A stretch of DNA of 64,000 bases, from positions 13,163 through 77,162 of the forward strand of contig CAWIJM010000027.1 in NCBI GenBank assembly GCA_963836445.1, read 5' to 3'. Both the position numbers and the translations under genes were made by a program. Position 1 is the stretch's first letter. Every line of letters begins with the position of its first letter. This document shows positions 48,940-60,203 of the stretch, piece by piece. The notes beneath the pieces were generated by a model. It saw nothing but the letters and a program-made list of their open reading frames with translations, ran no database searches and had not been told where the DNA came from. This stretch comes from an uncultured Actinomycetes bacterium (GTDB lineage: Bacteria; Actinomycetota; Acidimicrobiia; IMCC26256; JACDBD01).

Positions 48940-49784
48940 GACTTGTCGCCGCGTTGCTCGGCGCGGACGGCGTCCATACCGCCCTTCTGGCGCGCGTCAG
49001 CGGCTTCGAGCGCGGTCGCGGTGTTGCTGACGTACTGGTGGATCATGAAGTGGTAGCGCCACGACTCGCGCTGGCCCTGGATGTCGAGCATGCGATTGAT
49101 CGAGTCCTTCACGGCCTGCGCCGTGACCGGCGGCACCAGCGCGACCTTGTCGGCCATGGCGCGCGCCGCCTGCGCGAGCTCCGTCCGCGGGACGACCTTG
49201 TTCACGAGCCCGAATCGCTCGGCGTCGTGAGCGTCGATCGTCTCGGCGCAGAGCAGGAACTCCTTGGCCTTGCGCGGTCCGAGCTCCCACGGCTCGACGA
49301 GGAGCTCGACGCCGGCGCCGGTCATGCGCAGGACGGGATTGGAGAATTTCGCGTCGTCGGCGGCGACGATGAGATCGCACATGCACGCCAGCATCAGGCC
49401 CGCCGCCGCGCACGCACCCTGCACGGCGGCGATCGTCGGCTTGCGGAAGTCGCGGATCTTCACGCAGCGGTCGAAGTACATGACCTGCTCGTGGCGGAGC
49501 TTGCCCTCGGGCGTGTCGCGCATCTTCGCCCACTGGTCGCCCTTCGTGAGCAGCTCCTTCAGGTCGTGACCGGCCGAGAAGTGCTTGCCCTCGCCGGCCA
49601 GCACCACGACGCGGACGTCGTCGTCCTCGTCGGCGCGGTCGAAGGCGACGTCGAGCTCGTCGATGAGCCGGGTGTTCTGTGCGTTGGCGGAGTCGGGACG
49701 GTCGAGCGTGATCGTGCACACCGGCCCGCCGACCTCGTAGCGGACGGTCTCGAACGCCCCCGTCGTTCCTGACGTCATCGTCAT
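48936..49784 (-). CDS. Enoyl-CoA hydratase/isomerase (crotonase) family protein
   Basis: ITLDRPDSANAQN...VVVLAGEGKHFSAGHDL...KPTIAAVQGACAAAGLMLACMCDLIVAADDAKF; GTGA overlap with the CoA-transferase gene. Confidence 0.88.
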   Translation of the reverse strand: MTMTSGTTGAFETVRYEVGGPVCTITLDRPDSANAQNTRLIDELDVAFDRADEDDDVRVVVLAGEGKHFSAGHDLKELLTKGDQWAKMRDTPEGKLRHEQVMYFDRCVKIRDFRKPTIAAVQGACAAAGLMLACMCDLIVAADDAKFSNPVLRMTGAGVELLVEPWELGPRKAKEFLLCAETIDAHDAERFGLVNKVVPRTELAQAARAMADKVALVPPVTAQAVKDSINRMLDIQGQRESWRYHFMIHQYVSNTATALEAADARQKGGMDAVRAEQRGDKS

Positions 49785-49822
49785 GAATGTAGTGCCCGCC
49801 GCGTTCCGCGGCCGGGGCGTGA

Positions 49823-51007
49823 TCAGGGCTTTCGGCTCGCGGGGAGCGCGAGCACGCGCTCGCCGATGATGTTGCGCTGGATCTCGTTGGTCCCGGCCCA
49901 GATCGACGATGCCTGGTAGTAGAGCCAGGATCGCTGCCAGCTCCCGTCCCCGGGGTTGTCCTGCGCACCGCGCCACAACGGCGCCGCCGGGCCGAGCACG
50001 GCCATGACCGTGTCGTGCACGCGCTTGCTCATCTCGCTCCAGTAGAGCTTGAGCGCGCTCCCTTCGGGCCCGGGCTCGTGACCCTTGGCAAGGCGGGACA
50101 GGGTGCGCCAGTTGTGCAGCTGGAACAGCCGCACCTCGACGGCGGCCTGCGCCAGTCGCCCGCGGAGCCGGTGGTCGTCGAAGGCGCCCGCGTCGAGCGC
50201 GAGGCGGAGCAGCTCCTCGACGAGCTGGATATGGATCACCAGCTGCCGGGGGTTGATGCCCCGCTCGTGCGAGAGCGTCGAGCTCGCGATCCGCCAGCCC
50301 TCGTTCTCGGGCCCGATGAGGTGCTCGCGGGGGACGAACACGTCGGAGAAGAACACCTCGTTGAACTCGGACTCGTCGGTGATCTGCCGCAACGGCCGTA
50401 CCTCGACGCCGGGGGCGCGCATGTCGACCACGAGATACGAGATGCCGCGTTGCTTCGGCGCCTCGGGGTCGGTGCGGGCGAGACAGACGCCCCAGTCCGC
50501 GAACTGGGCGTAGCTCGTCCACACCTTCTGCCCGTTGAGCACCCAACCGCCCTCGGCAGCCTCCGCGCGCGTGCTCACCGACGCCAGGTCGCTGCCGGCG
50601 CCGGGCTCGCTGAACAGCTGGCACCAGAGTTCGCGCGCCGAGAGGATGTTGGGCAGCCAGCGCGCCTTCTGCTCGGGCGTGCCGTGGGCGAGCAGGGTGG
50701 GCCCGACGAGGTTCACGCCGATCCGGCCGACCAGCTCGGGCGCGCGGGCATGGGCGAGCTCCTCGGTGACGATGAAGTGCTCGACCGTGCCGGCGCCGCG
50801 ACCGCCGTACTCCTCGGGCCACGCCACGCCCACCCACCGGCCTTCGGCCAGCTTCGCCTGCCAGCCGCGGCCGAACGCGACCTCCTCGGCCAGATCGTCG
50901 AAGTGCGGGGGGAGCCCCTTGCCGTACTCCCACGGGAGGTGCTCGCGCAGCCACGCGCGCACCTCGGCGCGCAGCTGCGCTTCGGATTCTGTCGGCTCGA
51001 GGTTCAC
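49823..51007 (-). CDS. Acyl-CoA dehydrogenase (FadE-like, 'alpha' type)
   Basis: 394 aa; WCQLFSEPGAGSDLASVSTRA...WVLNGQKVWTSYA...ISYLVVDM..PGVEVRPLRQI; GTG start. Confidence 0.88.
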   Translation of the reverse strand: MNLEPTESEAQLRAEVRAWLREHLPWEYGKGLPPHFDDLAEEVAFGRGWQAKLAEGRWVGVAWPEEYGGRGAGTVEHFIVTEELAHARAPELVGRIGVNLVGPTLLAHGTPEQKARWLPNILSARELWCQLFSEPGAGSDLASVSTRAEAAEGGWVLNGQKVWTSYAQFADWGVCLARTDPEAPKQRGISYLVVDMRAPGVEVRPLRQITDESEFNEVFFSDVFVPREHLIGPENEGWRIASSTLSHERGINPRQLVIHIQLVEELLRLALDAGAFDDHRLRGRLAQAAVEVRLFQLHNWRTLSRLAKGHEPGPEGSALKLYWSEMSKRVHDTVMAVLGPAAPLWRGAQDNPGDGSWQRSWLYYQASSIWAGTNEIQRNIIGERVLALPASRKP

Positions 51008-51059
51008 GTGTTCCGCAGGGTACCGGCCTGCGCGTTAGCTTCTCCGGGCGAGGAGGACC

Positions 51060-51992
51060 ATGGCGACGACGTCGAATTCGGTTTCGGTCGGGATCTTCCC
51101 GACGACCGGGTCACTCGGGGAGACCGGGAACGCCGCGGCCCATCTCGCTCATGTGCGCGACGCCGGCATCGACCACGTGTGCTGCGGCGACCACGTGAGC
51201 TTCTTCGTCGGCGCCGGCGTCGACGGTCTCGTGCAGGCCACCGCGCTGGCGATGTTGCACCCGACGCTGCCGATCATGACCGGGGTGTACCTCCTGCCGC
51301 TGCGCCATCCCGTCCTCGTCGCGCGCCAGCTTTCCGACCTCGGCCAACTCGCTCCCGGTCGCCTGATCTTCGGCGTGGGCATCGGGGGCGAGGACCGACA
51401 CGAGGTCGAGATCTGCGGCGTCGACCCCGCGACGCGGGGGAGACGCATGGAGGAGTGCCTCGCCGTGCTTCGGCAGCTGCTCACCGGCGCGCCGACGACG
51501 TTCCACGGAGAGTTCTTCGATCTCGACGACGCCCTCGTGCTGCCCGCGCCCGCACCGCCGCCGCCGATCATCGTGGGTGGTCGCTCCGACGCGGCCGCGC
51601 GCCGCGCCGGACGTCTGGGCGACGGCTGGCTCGGCATCTGGAACTCCGCCCGTCGCTTCGCCGAGGTCGTCGAGATCATCGCCGACGAAGCCGGCCGCGC
51701 GGGCCGCGCCAGTCCTCCGAGCCGGCACGCCATGCAGGTGTGGTGCGGGATCGCCGACACGAGGGAGCGCGCACGTGCGCACGTCGCGCCGGCGATGGAG
51801 GCCTTCTACCAGATCCCGTTCGAGCGGTTCGAGAAGTACTCGCCCTACGGGACGCCCGACGACGTGGCCGAGTTCCTGGCCCCGTACGTCGACGCCGGCT
51901 GCACCACCTTCAATCTCCTCCCGCAGGCGGACGATCGGGAGTCCGCGTTGGCCGGCGCGGTCGCGGTCAAGAAGCTGCTGGCACGCGCGTGA
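51060..51992 (+). CDS. LLM-class probable F420-dependent oxidoreductase
   Basis: 310 aa; DHVCCGDHVSF..., TGVYLLPLRHPVLVARQL..L..LAPGRLIFGVGIGG, IIVGGRS. Confidence 0.85.
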   Translation: MATTSNSVSVGIFPTTGSLGETGNAAAHLAHVRDAGIDHVCCGDHVSFFVGAGVDGLVQATALAMLHPTLPIMTGVYLLPLRHPVLVARQLSDLGQLAPGRLIFGVGIGGEDRHEVEICGVDPATRGRRMEECLAVLRQLLTGAPTTFHGEFFDLDDALVLPAPAPPPPIIVGGRSDAAARRAGRLGDGWLGIWNSARRFAEVVEIIADEAGRAGRASPPSRHAMQVWCGIADTRERARAHVAPAMEAFYQIPFERFEKYSPYGTPDDVAEFLAPYVDAGCTTFNLLPQADDRESALAGAVAVKKLLARA

Positions 51993-52713
51993 GCCCGGAG
52001 ATCCGCATCGACCGCCGGTTCTGCGGGCCCCCCGACGCCGGCAACGGCGGGTACACGTGCGGCCTCGTGGCCGCGCACGTCGACGGGCCGGCCGAGGTGA
52101 CGCTGCGCTTGCCGCCGCCGCTCGAAACCCCGCTTACGGTCGCGCCCGGCGGCGGCGCTTCGGTGCGGGTCCTCGACGGGGACGCGCTCGTCGCCGAAGG
52201 AATCCGGCGGGGCGAGAAGGACCTCGGGATCGACGTTCCCGAACCCGTCGGCGTTGCCGAGGCCGAACGTGCGGCCTCGACTTCTCAGCTGCACGAGCAC
52301 CCGGAGGAGCACCCGTTCCCGACGTGCTTCGTCTGCGGTCCGCAGCGCGCGCCCGGCGACGGGCTGCACATCCTCGTCGGCCCCGTGACGGGACGACCGG
52401 TGGCGGCCGACGCGTGGACCCCGGCGGCCGACCTCGTCGGCGCCGACGGCGTGGTCCGGCCCGAGTTCGTCTGGGCCGCGCTCGACTGCTCGGGCGGGGT
52501 CGGGTCGTGGTTGGCCGAGCCGATCGGCGGCAACCCCTTCGTGCTGGGCAGGATGGCAGTGACGATCGATGGCCCGGTTCGTGCCGGTGCGCCGCACGCG
52601 GTCGTCGGGTGGCGAGCCGCTCACGACGGGCGGAAGGTCACCGCCGGCTCGGCGATCTTCACCGCCGACGGTGAGATCGCCGGCCTCGCCCGCGCGACCT
52701 GGATCCAGCTGGC

Positions 52714-52717
<4 letters not shown>
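51989..52717 (+). CDS. Hotdog-fold (thioesterase-like) protein
   Basis: GTGA overlap with the LLM gene; FCGPPDAGNGGYTCGL...HPFPTCFVCGPQRAPGDGLHILVGPV...VTAGSAIFTADGE; C-terminal third of the spurious ORF 50015..52717. Confidence 0.6.
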
Positions 52718-54012
<1,295 letters not shown>

Positions 54013-54040
54013 CTCCGACTCCTTCACCTCGTCGTCTTCG

Positions 54041-55246
54041 TCAGCTCCGCGGTACCTCGTTCCACGGCAGGCCCTTGTCGACGCGGGGCTCGCCGGGGAG
54101 GCCGAGCACCCGCTCACCCAGGACGTTGCGCAGGATCTCGGACGTGCCGCCTTCGATCGAGTACGCGGCGAGCGCAGGAACATCTTGCGGGGATCGCCGC
54201 CGCCCGTGAGGCTCGCTTCCTCCGGCCGCACCATCTCGTAACTCGGGTACAGGAGGCCGTCGGCGCCGAGCACGTCCATGCAGAGCTCGTAGATGTGGCG
54301 GTTCGTCTCGGCGAACGCGAGCTTCGCGACCGAGCCCTCGGGGCCGGCCGCGCCCGCCTTGCGGTTCGCCGCCGCCCGTGCGTTCGTGAGGCGCAGGACC
54401 TCGGCGTCGATCCAGAGCCGGGCGAGCCGGTCCCGCCGGACGGGGTCGTGGCTCTCGGGGTGCTCGCGCCAGACCTCGAGCGCGTCCCCGATCGGGCCCG
54501 ACTCCCGGCCGGCAACCGCGCCGCCGATCGTCACACGCTCGTTCATCAGCGTGGTGAGCGAGACCCGCCACCCGTCGCCGAGCCCGCCGATGCGGTCGGC
54601 GTCGGGCACCCGGACGCCCGTCAGGTACACCTCGTTGAACTCGGCCTCACCCGTGATCTGACGTAACGGCCGGACGTCGACGCCCGGCGCGTGCATGTCG
54701 AGCGCGAAGTACGTGAGGCCGCGGTGCTTCGGCGCGTCGGGATCCGTGCGGGCGACGAGCATTCCTCGATCCGCCCGGTGCGCGAGCGTGTTCCAGACCT
54801 TCTGTCCGTCCACGACCCACTCCTCGCCGTCGCGCACGGCGCGGCGTCGACAGGCCGGCCAGGTCGGAGCCCGCGCCGGGCTCGCTGAAGAGCTGGCACC
54901 AGAGCTCCTCGCCGGTGAACAGCGGTCGCAAGAGGCGTGCCTTCAACTCGTCGTCGGCGTGGGCGGCGATCGTCGGCGCGGCGAGGAAGATCCCGAATCC
55001 GTTGCGCTCCAGGGCGTCCGCTCGCACGCCGGCGGCGCGGATGCGTTCTTCGACGCGCCGTTGGAGATCGGGCGCGAGCCCGAGGCCGCCGAACCCGGCC
55101 GGGAACCACACCCAGGCCAGGCCGAGGTCGTACTGCGCGCCGCGGAACTCGATCGCGTCGGCGGGATCGTTCTCCTCGAGGAGGCGGTCGACGAGCGCGT
55201 CGACGGCTCCGGTGCTTGTGTCCGATGCCGTGGCCGTCGTCGTCAT
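54041..55246 (-). pseudogene. Acyl-CoA dehydrogenase (FadE-like, 'alpha' type), frame broken twice (or indel errors)
   Basis: Three frames: 55246-~54845 (MTTTATAS...WCQLFSEPGAGSDLAGLST), ~54844-~54172 (RAVRDGEEWVVDGQKVWNT...DPRKMFLRS) and ~54170-54041 (AAYSIEGGTSEILRNVLGERVLGLP..). Junctions lie near 54835-54847 and 54164-54174. Confidence 0.8.
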
Positions 55247-55306
55247 CCCGTCGAGCGTACCGACCGGCAGGGATCCGTGGGACGCGTCCGGTAGCCTCCG
55301 TCCCGC

Positions 55307-56386
55307 ATGGACTTCGAGCTGTCGGACGACCAGCTCGCGCTGCGTGACGGCGCGCGCGAGCTGCTCGACGGCTTGGCGCCCACGACGCGCGTCCGGACCG
55401 TCGTCGACGCCGGTGGCGGGATCGACGGCGGTCTCTGGAAGGCCATGGTCGAGCAGGGGTGGACGGCGGTCGAGGTGCCGGACGACCGCGGTGGGCTCGG
55501 GCTCGGCGCCGTCGAGGTGGCGGTGCTGGTGGAGGAGATCGGGCGTCACGTCGCGCCGGCGCCGTTCCTCTCGACGTTGCTCGCACTCGGCGCACTGGCG
55601 CGGGCGGGTCGCGACGACTGGGCCGAGCGGCTCGCCGCCGGAGAAGCCGTCGGCTGTGTCGCCTGGAGTCGATCGGGTCACGGCGACGTCGGGGCGGCGG
55701 GGGACCGGCTCACCGGTCGGAGCGATCCGGTGCCGTTCGCGCCGAGCTCCGATGTCGCCGTGGTCGTGGCCGACACCGACGACGGCCCCGCGCTGTACGG
55801 AGTCGAGCTGGGGGAGCGCGAGCGGCCGCGCCGCGAGCCCGCCATGGACCTGACACGCGAGCTCGGCTGGCTCCGCTTCGACGGCACGCCCGCCGAACGG
55901 CTCGGAGGTGCCGGCGAGGTCGACGCGCTGCTCGACCGGGGCGCCGCGTTCACGTCGTCCGAGATGCTCGGGAGCGCGTCGCGGGCGATGGACATGGCGG
56001 TGGAGTACGCGAAGGAGCGCGTGCAGTTCGGCCGTCCCATCGGCAGCTTCCAAGCGGTGAAGCACCGGTGCGCCGACATGCTCGTCGACGTCGAGGGCAT
56101 GCGCTCGAGCGCGTACTGGGCGGCGTGGTGCATCGGCGCCGGTCACGAGGACGCTTCGGTGGCAGCGTCGACGGCGAAGATCTGGTGCTCCGACGCGTCC
56201 AAGCGTGTGATGGCGTCGGCCCTCCAGGTGCACGGGGGGATCGGCTTCACCTGGGAGCACGACCTGCACCTCTTCCTCAAGCGCGCCCAGCTCGACCAGG
56301 TGAGCTTCGGGGACGCCCCCTTCCACCGGCAACGGCTGGCCGATCTGCTCCGCCCGCGCGTCGAGGCGGGACGAAGCGTCATCTGA
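55307..56386 (+). CDS. Acyl-CoA dehydrogenase-like ('beta' type partner; paralog of 38780..39875)
   Basis: 359 aa; MDFELSDDQLALRDG...FGRPIGSFQAVKHRCADM...HGGIGFTWEHDLHLFLKRAQ; carries VSFGDAP where classical ACADs have the x-E-G-T catalytic motif. Confidence 0.85.
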   Translation: MDFELSDDQLALRDGARELLDGLAPTTRVRTVVDAGGGIDGGLWKAMVEQGWTAVEVPDDRGGLGLGAVEVAVLVEEIGRHVAPAPFLSTLLALGALARAGRDDWAERLAAGEAVGCVAWSRSGHGDVGAAGDRLTGRSDPVPFAPSSDVAVVVADTDDGPALYGVELGERERPRREPAMDLTRELGWLRFDGTPAERLGGAGEVDALLDRGAAFTSSEMLGSASRAMDMAVEYAKERVQFGRPIGSFQAVKHRCADMLVDVEGMRSSAYWAAWCIGAGHEDASVAASTAKIWCSDASKRVMASALQVHGGIGFTWEHDLHLFLKRAQLDQVSFGDAPFHRQRLADLLRPRVEAGRSVI

Positions 56387-56400
56387 CAGGATCACGGCCG

Positions 56401-57450
56401 GTGCGCAGGGGGAAGCGAGCGGCGTTCGTGTCGATCTCGGCGGCCGTGGTGGTGGTGCTCGTCGCGGTGGCGTCTGGTGCGGCGCCGCGCGCCGGCGCGA
56501 ACCGCCTTGACGACACGCTGCGGACCAACCAGGTGCAAGTCCTGGCGACGCACAACAGCTACCACATCCAGCAGGACGTGCCGATCGCTTCGCCCCCGAC
56601 GCGCAATACACGCACGCGCCGCTCGACCAGCAGCTCGACCTGGGCGTCCGGGGCTTCGAGCTCGACGTGGTGAACCCGCCCGACGGGACATTTCCCGTCA
56701 TGCACACCCCCGTCGTGGACAACACGAGCAACTGCACGCCGATCGCGCAGTGCCTGGAGTTCACGCGCACGTGGTCCAAGGCGCATCCCGGCCATGTCCC
56801 GATCTTCATCCTCGTCGAGCCCAAGGACGACCCGATCGACTTCGTCATCGATCCACAGCTGCGCCCGTTCGACGCCGCCGGGCTCGACCAGCTCGACACC
56901 ATCGTCCGCAAGTCGCTCGGTCGTCAGATCATCACTCCGGACAGCGTGCGCGGCAAGGCGAAGACCCTGCGCGCCGCCGTCACCGGTCGCGGCTGGCCCA
57001 CGCTGGGCAAGACCCGAGGCAAGGTCATGGTCATCCTCAACACGGGCGGCGTCGTCCGCGACGCGTACCGCCAGGGCCACCCGTCGCTCGAGGGCCGGGC
57101 GATGTTCGTGACCTCCGGCGAACGAGCGCCGTCCGCGGCTGTCATCAAGCTCGACACGCCCGACGAGCCGCGGATCCAGCAGCTGGTGAAGGACGGCTTC
57201 ATCGTCCGCACCCGCGCCGACGCCGACCTCGTCGAAGCGCGCGCCAACGACGTGACCGCGCCGCGACCTCGCGCTGCGGAGCGGCGCGCAGATCGTCAGC
57301 ACCGACTTCGAGGTGGCCGTGCCCGCGATCGGGGACTACGTAGTGCAGATCCCCGGCGGCACGCCGGCTCGCTGCGACCCCGTCAACGCGCCGAAGAACT
57401 GCCGGCCCTCCGACGTCGAGAACCCCAGGCAGCTCACGCGCAAGCGCTAA
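56401..57450 (+). pseudogene. Secreted PI-PLC-like (phosphatidylinositol-specific phospholipase C X-domain-like) protein, frame broken twice (or indel errors)
   Basis: GTG 56401; signal/anchor FVSISAAVVVVLVAVASGAAP, then VQVLATHNSYH (frame 1) | DRFAPDAQYTHAPLDQQLDLGVRGFELDV...FILVEPKDD... (frame 0) | RDLALRSGAQIVSTDF... (third frame), TAA at 57448-57450. Junctions about 56578-56590 and 57256-57262. Confidence 0.6.
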
Positions 57451-58965
57451 GACGCCGCCGCCCGCTGTTTCAGCGCGGCGCGGTCGGCCTTGCCGGCGGC
57501 GAGGAGCGGAAGCTCGTCGAGCTGGACGACGCGTTCGGGTGTCTTGAACACGGCGACTCCCTGCTTCTCGAACCAGGCCCTGCATTCGGCGAGGTCGAAC
57601 GGCGCCGACGCCACCACGAACGCGCAGACTCGCTCGCCGAGCCGGGCGTCGGGCTCGCCGACGACGGCGGCCTGGCGGACGTCGGGATGCGCCTCGAGGA
57701 TCCCTTCCACCTCGGCGGCGGCGATGTTCTCACCGGCGCGGATGATGACGTCCTTCATACGGCCGACGATCGTGAGCCAGCCGTCGGCGTCGACGGTCGC
57801 GAGGTCGCCGGTACGGAACCAGCCCCGCCGGATCGCAGCGCGCGTCTGCTCGGCGGAGGCGTAGCCCACGAACAGCTCCGGCCCTTGCAGCCAGAGCTCA
57901 CCCGTCTCACCCGCGGGGAGCGCATGCCCCGTGTCCGGGTCGCTCACGCGGAGCTCGGCGGCGCCGGTCACCCGTCCGTCGGTCTTGCGTGCCCGCTCGA
58001 CGGAGTCGCCGGGCGTGCTCGTCGTGACGGTGGGCGCCTCTGTCGATCCGTACGTGCGCTTCACGCGCGCGCCGAACGCGTCGCCGGCTTGCTCGACGAA
58101 GGCGGCTGTCACCCCGGCTCCTCCGCTCGAGATCAGTCGGAGGCTCTCGACTCGCTGCCGGGAGAACCCGGGCGCGGACATGAGCCCGACGAAGAACGTG
58201 GGTGGCCCGATCATGAACGTGATGCGCTCACGCTCGATCGTGTCGAGCGCATCCTCCGGGCTCCATTTGGCCATCAGCGCGGCCGGCATCGGCAGCACGC
58301 CCGGGATCAGCACCGCGTTGAGCAGCCCCGACACGTGCGCGAGCGGGGCCGGCATGAGGATCGAGTCGTCCGCACCGAGCTCGTGGGCGCGGATCATGAC
58401 CTGCGCCTTGTACGCGAGCCCGCGCTGGGTGTGAAGCGCCGCCTTCGGCGCGCCGCTCGAGCCCGACGTGAACAGCGCGACCGCAAGGTCGCTCGGACCG
58501 CGCCGCCGACGGGGCGACGGGCGCGCCGGCTTCGAGCAGCTTCGGGAACCGCGCACTCGGGCCGCGCAGATCCTCGGGCGGGAGCCACACGCGCGCGTCG
58601 ATCACGCCGAGCATCCGGTCGATGTCGGCGGGACCGGCCTGGTGGTGGATCGGGGCCACGATCACGCCCAGCCGCCAGCACGCCCGGTACAGCACGACCG
58701 CCTCGAACCAGTTCGGCGACTGCCACGCGACCACGTCATGGCGGCGGACTCCGGCGGCGCGCAATCCTCCCGCCAGCGCGGCCACCCGATCTTCGAGCGC
58801 GGGACCGTCGAGGCGGACGCCGGCCGAGTCGTCGACGACGAGCGCGCCGCCTGCACGCGACGCGGCGTCGGTCACGATCGCGTCGAGCGGCGGGATGTCC
58901 CAGGGCCCACCCGGCGCCAGGTAGTCGGGCGCTCGCGGGTGGCGGTACGTGGGCCGGAGCGTCAC
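57447..58965 (-). pseudogene. AMP-dependent acyl-CoA synthetase/ligase (FadD-like), frame broken once (or indel error)
   Basis: N-terminus (VTLRPTYRH...VAWQSPNWFEAVVLYRACWRLGVIVAPI...) in ORF 58228..59670; C-terminus (LFTSGSSGAPKAALHT...YGSTE...GWFRTGDLA...GRMKDVIIRAGENI...) in ORF 57447..58556; junction about 58497-58503; GTGA overlap with the upstream ACAD gene. Confidence 0.8.
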
Positions 58966-60189
58966 GCGCCGGCGAGCGGGTTCCGCCAGCCGGGACTCAC
59001 GCTCGTTGCACCCTTCACGATCTGCGAGCCGATGTAGTTGCGCTGGATCTCGACCGTGCCGGCACCGATGCAGAGACCGCGGATGTCGCGGTACGCACGC
59101 TCGACGGGGTACTCGCGGCTGTACCCGTACCCGCCGAGGAGCTGGATCGCCTCGTCGCACACGAACTTGGCGGCGAGGTTGGCGGCGCCCTTCGCCATCG
59201 CGGTCTCGAGCGCGGGGGGCGTTCCGCTCGGACCGGCGAGGTGCAGCGCCCGGAGGAGCAGGAGGCGGGCGGCGTCGAGCTGCGTGGCCATGTCGGCGGC
59301 CTTCCACTGGAGCCCCTGGTGCTCCGCGAGCGGCCGGCCGCCGACGACGCGCTCGTTGATGTACCGCACCGCGTACTCGAGCGCGCCCTGCGCGGCGCCG
59401 ACGCACATGGCGGCGTTCCCGCACCGCTCGTGGTTGAGGTGCGAGATCAGCGTCTTGAACGCCTCGCTGTTCGACGGGTCCCCTTCGAGGAGCACGTCCT
59501 CGGGCCCGACGTACACGTCGTCGAAGGCGAGCTCGGCCTCGCTCGTGCCCCGCAGGCCCATCTTCACGTGCGTCCCGGCGCAGGTCACGCCGTCCGACTG
59601 CAGGTCGACGACAACCGCCCCGATGCCCTTCGACCCCTCGCTGCCCGGGAACCGGCACCACACGAGGCACGCGCCGGCCTTGTGCCCGCCGGTGACGTAG
59701 TTCTTGTACGCGTTGAGTCGGTACCCGTCGCCGTCAGGGGTGAGCCGGGCGCGCATGTAGTTCACGGCGGAGCCGGCCTCGCTCTCGCTGATGCCGATGC
59801 AGAACAGCGCCTCGCCGCTGGCCGCCAGCGGGAGCCAGCGTTCCTTGAGCGCGTCGCTGCCGAGGTGCTCGATCGCACGGGGCGGTCCGTTGTAGATGAG
59901 TTGAGCAAGGATCGCGCTCGAGACGTCCGCGCGCGCGAGCTCCTCCAGGGCGATCGCGGCCTCGATGTCGCCCATGCCCATGCCGCCGTACTGCTCGCCG
60001 ACGGTGATGCCGAAGAGGTCGGCCTTGCGCAACGCGTCCCATGAGCGCGTCCGGGAACTCCTCGGTCTCGTCCCAGTGACGCGCACTGGGCGCCAGATCG
60101 CGTTCGGCGACGTCGCGCGCGAGCTTCCGCAGCGCTTGCTGGTCCTCGTCCTCCGCGAACGGATCGGTGCCCGCGGCGCCCGTCGACAT
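58962..60189 (-). pseudogene. Acyl-CoA dehydrogenase, frame broken once near the N-terminus (or indel error)
   Basis: MSTGAAGTDPFAEDEDQQALRKLARDVAERDLAPSARHWDETEEFPDAL (frame of ORF 59734..60582) joins WDALRKADLFGITVGEQYGGMG...ISESEAGSAV...(ORF 58962..60086); the extra base is at about 60040-60042. Confidence 0.8.
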
Positions 60190-60203
60190 CCCTGACAGGG
60201 TAG

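Noticed and set aside
56667-60044. 1125-aa plus-strand ORF
   Set aside because: Only the first ~195 aa (PI-PLC-like middle segment) look real. The rest is antisense to the FadD and ACAD genes.
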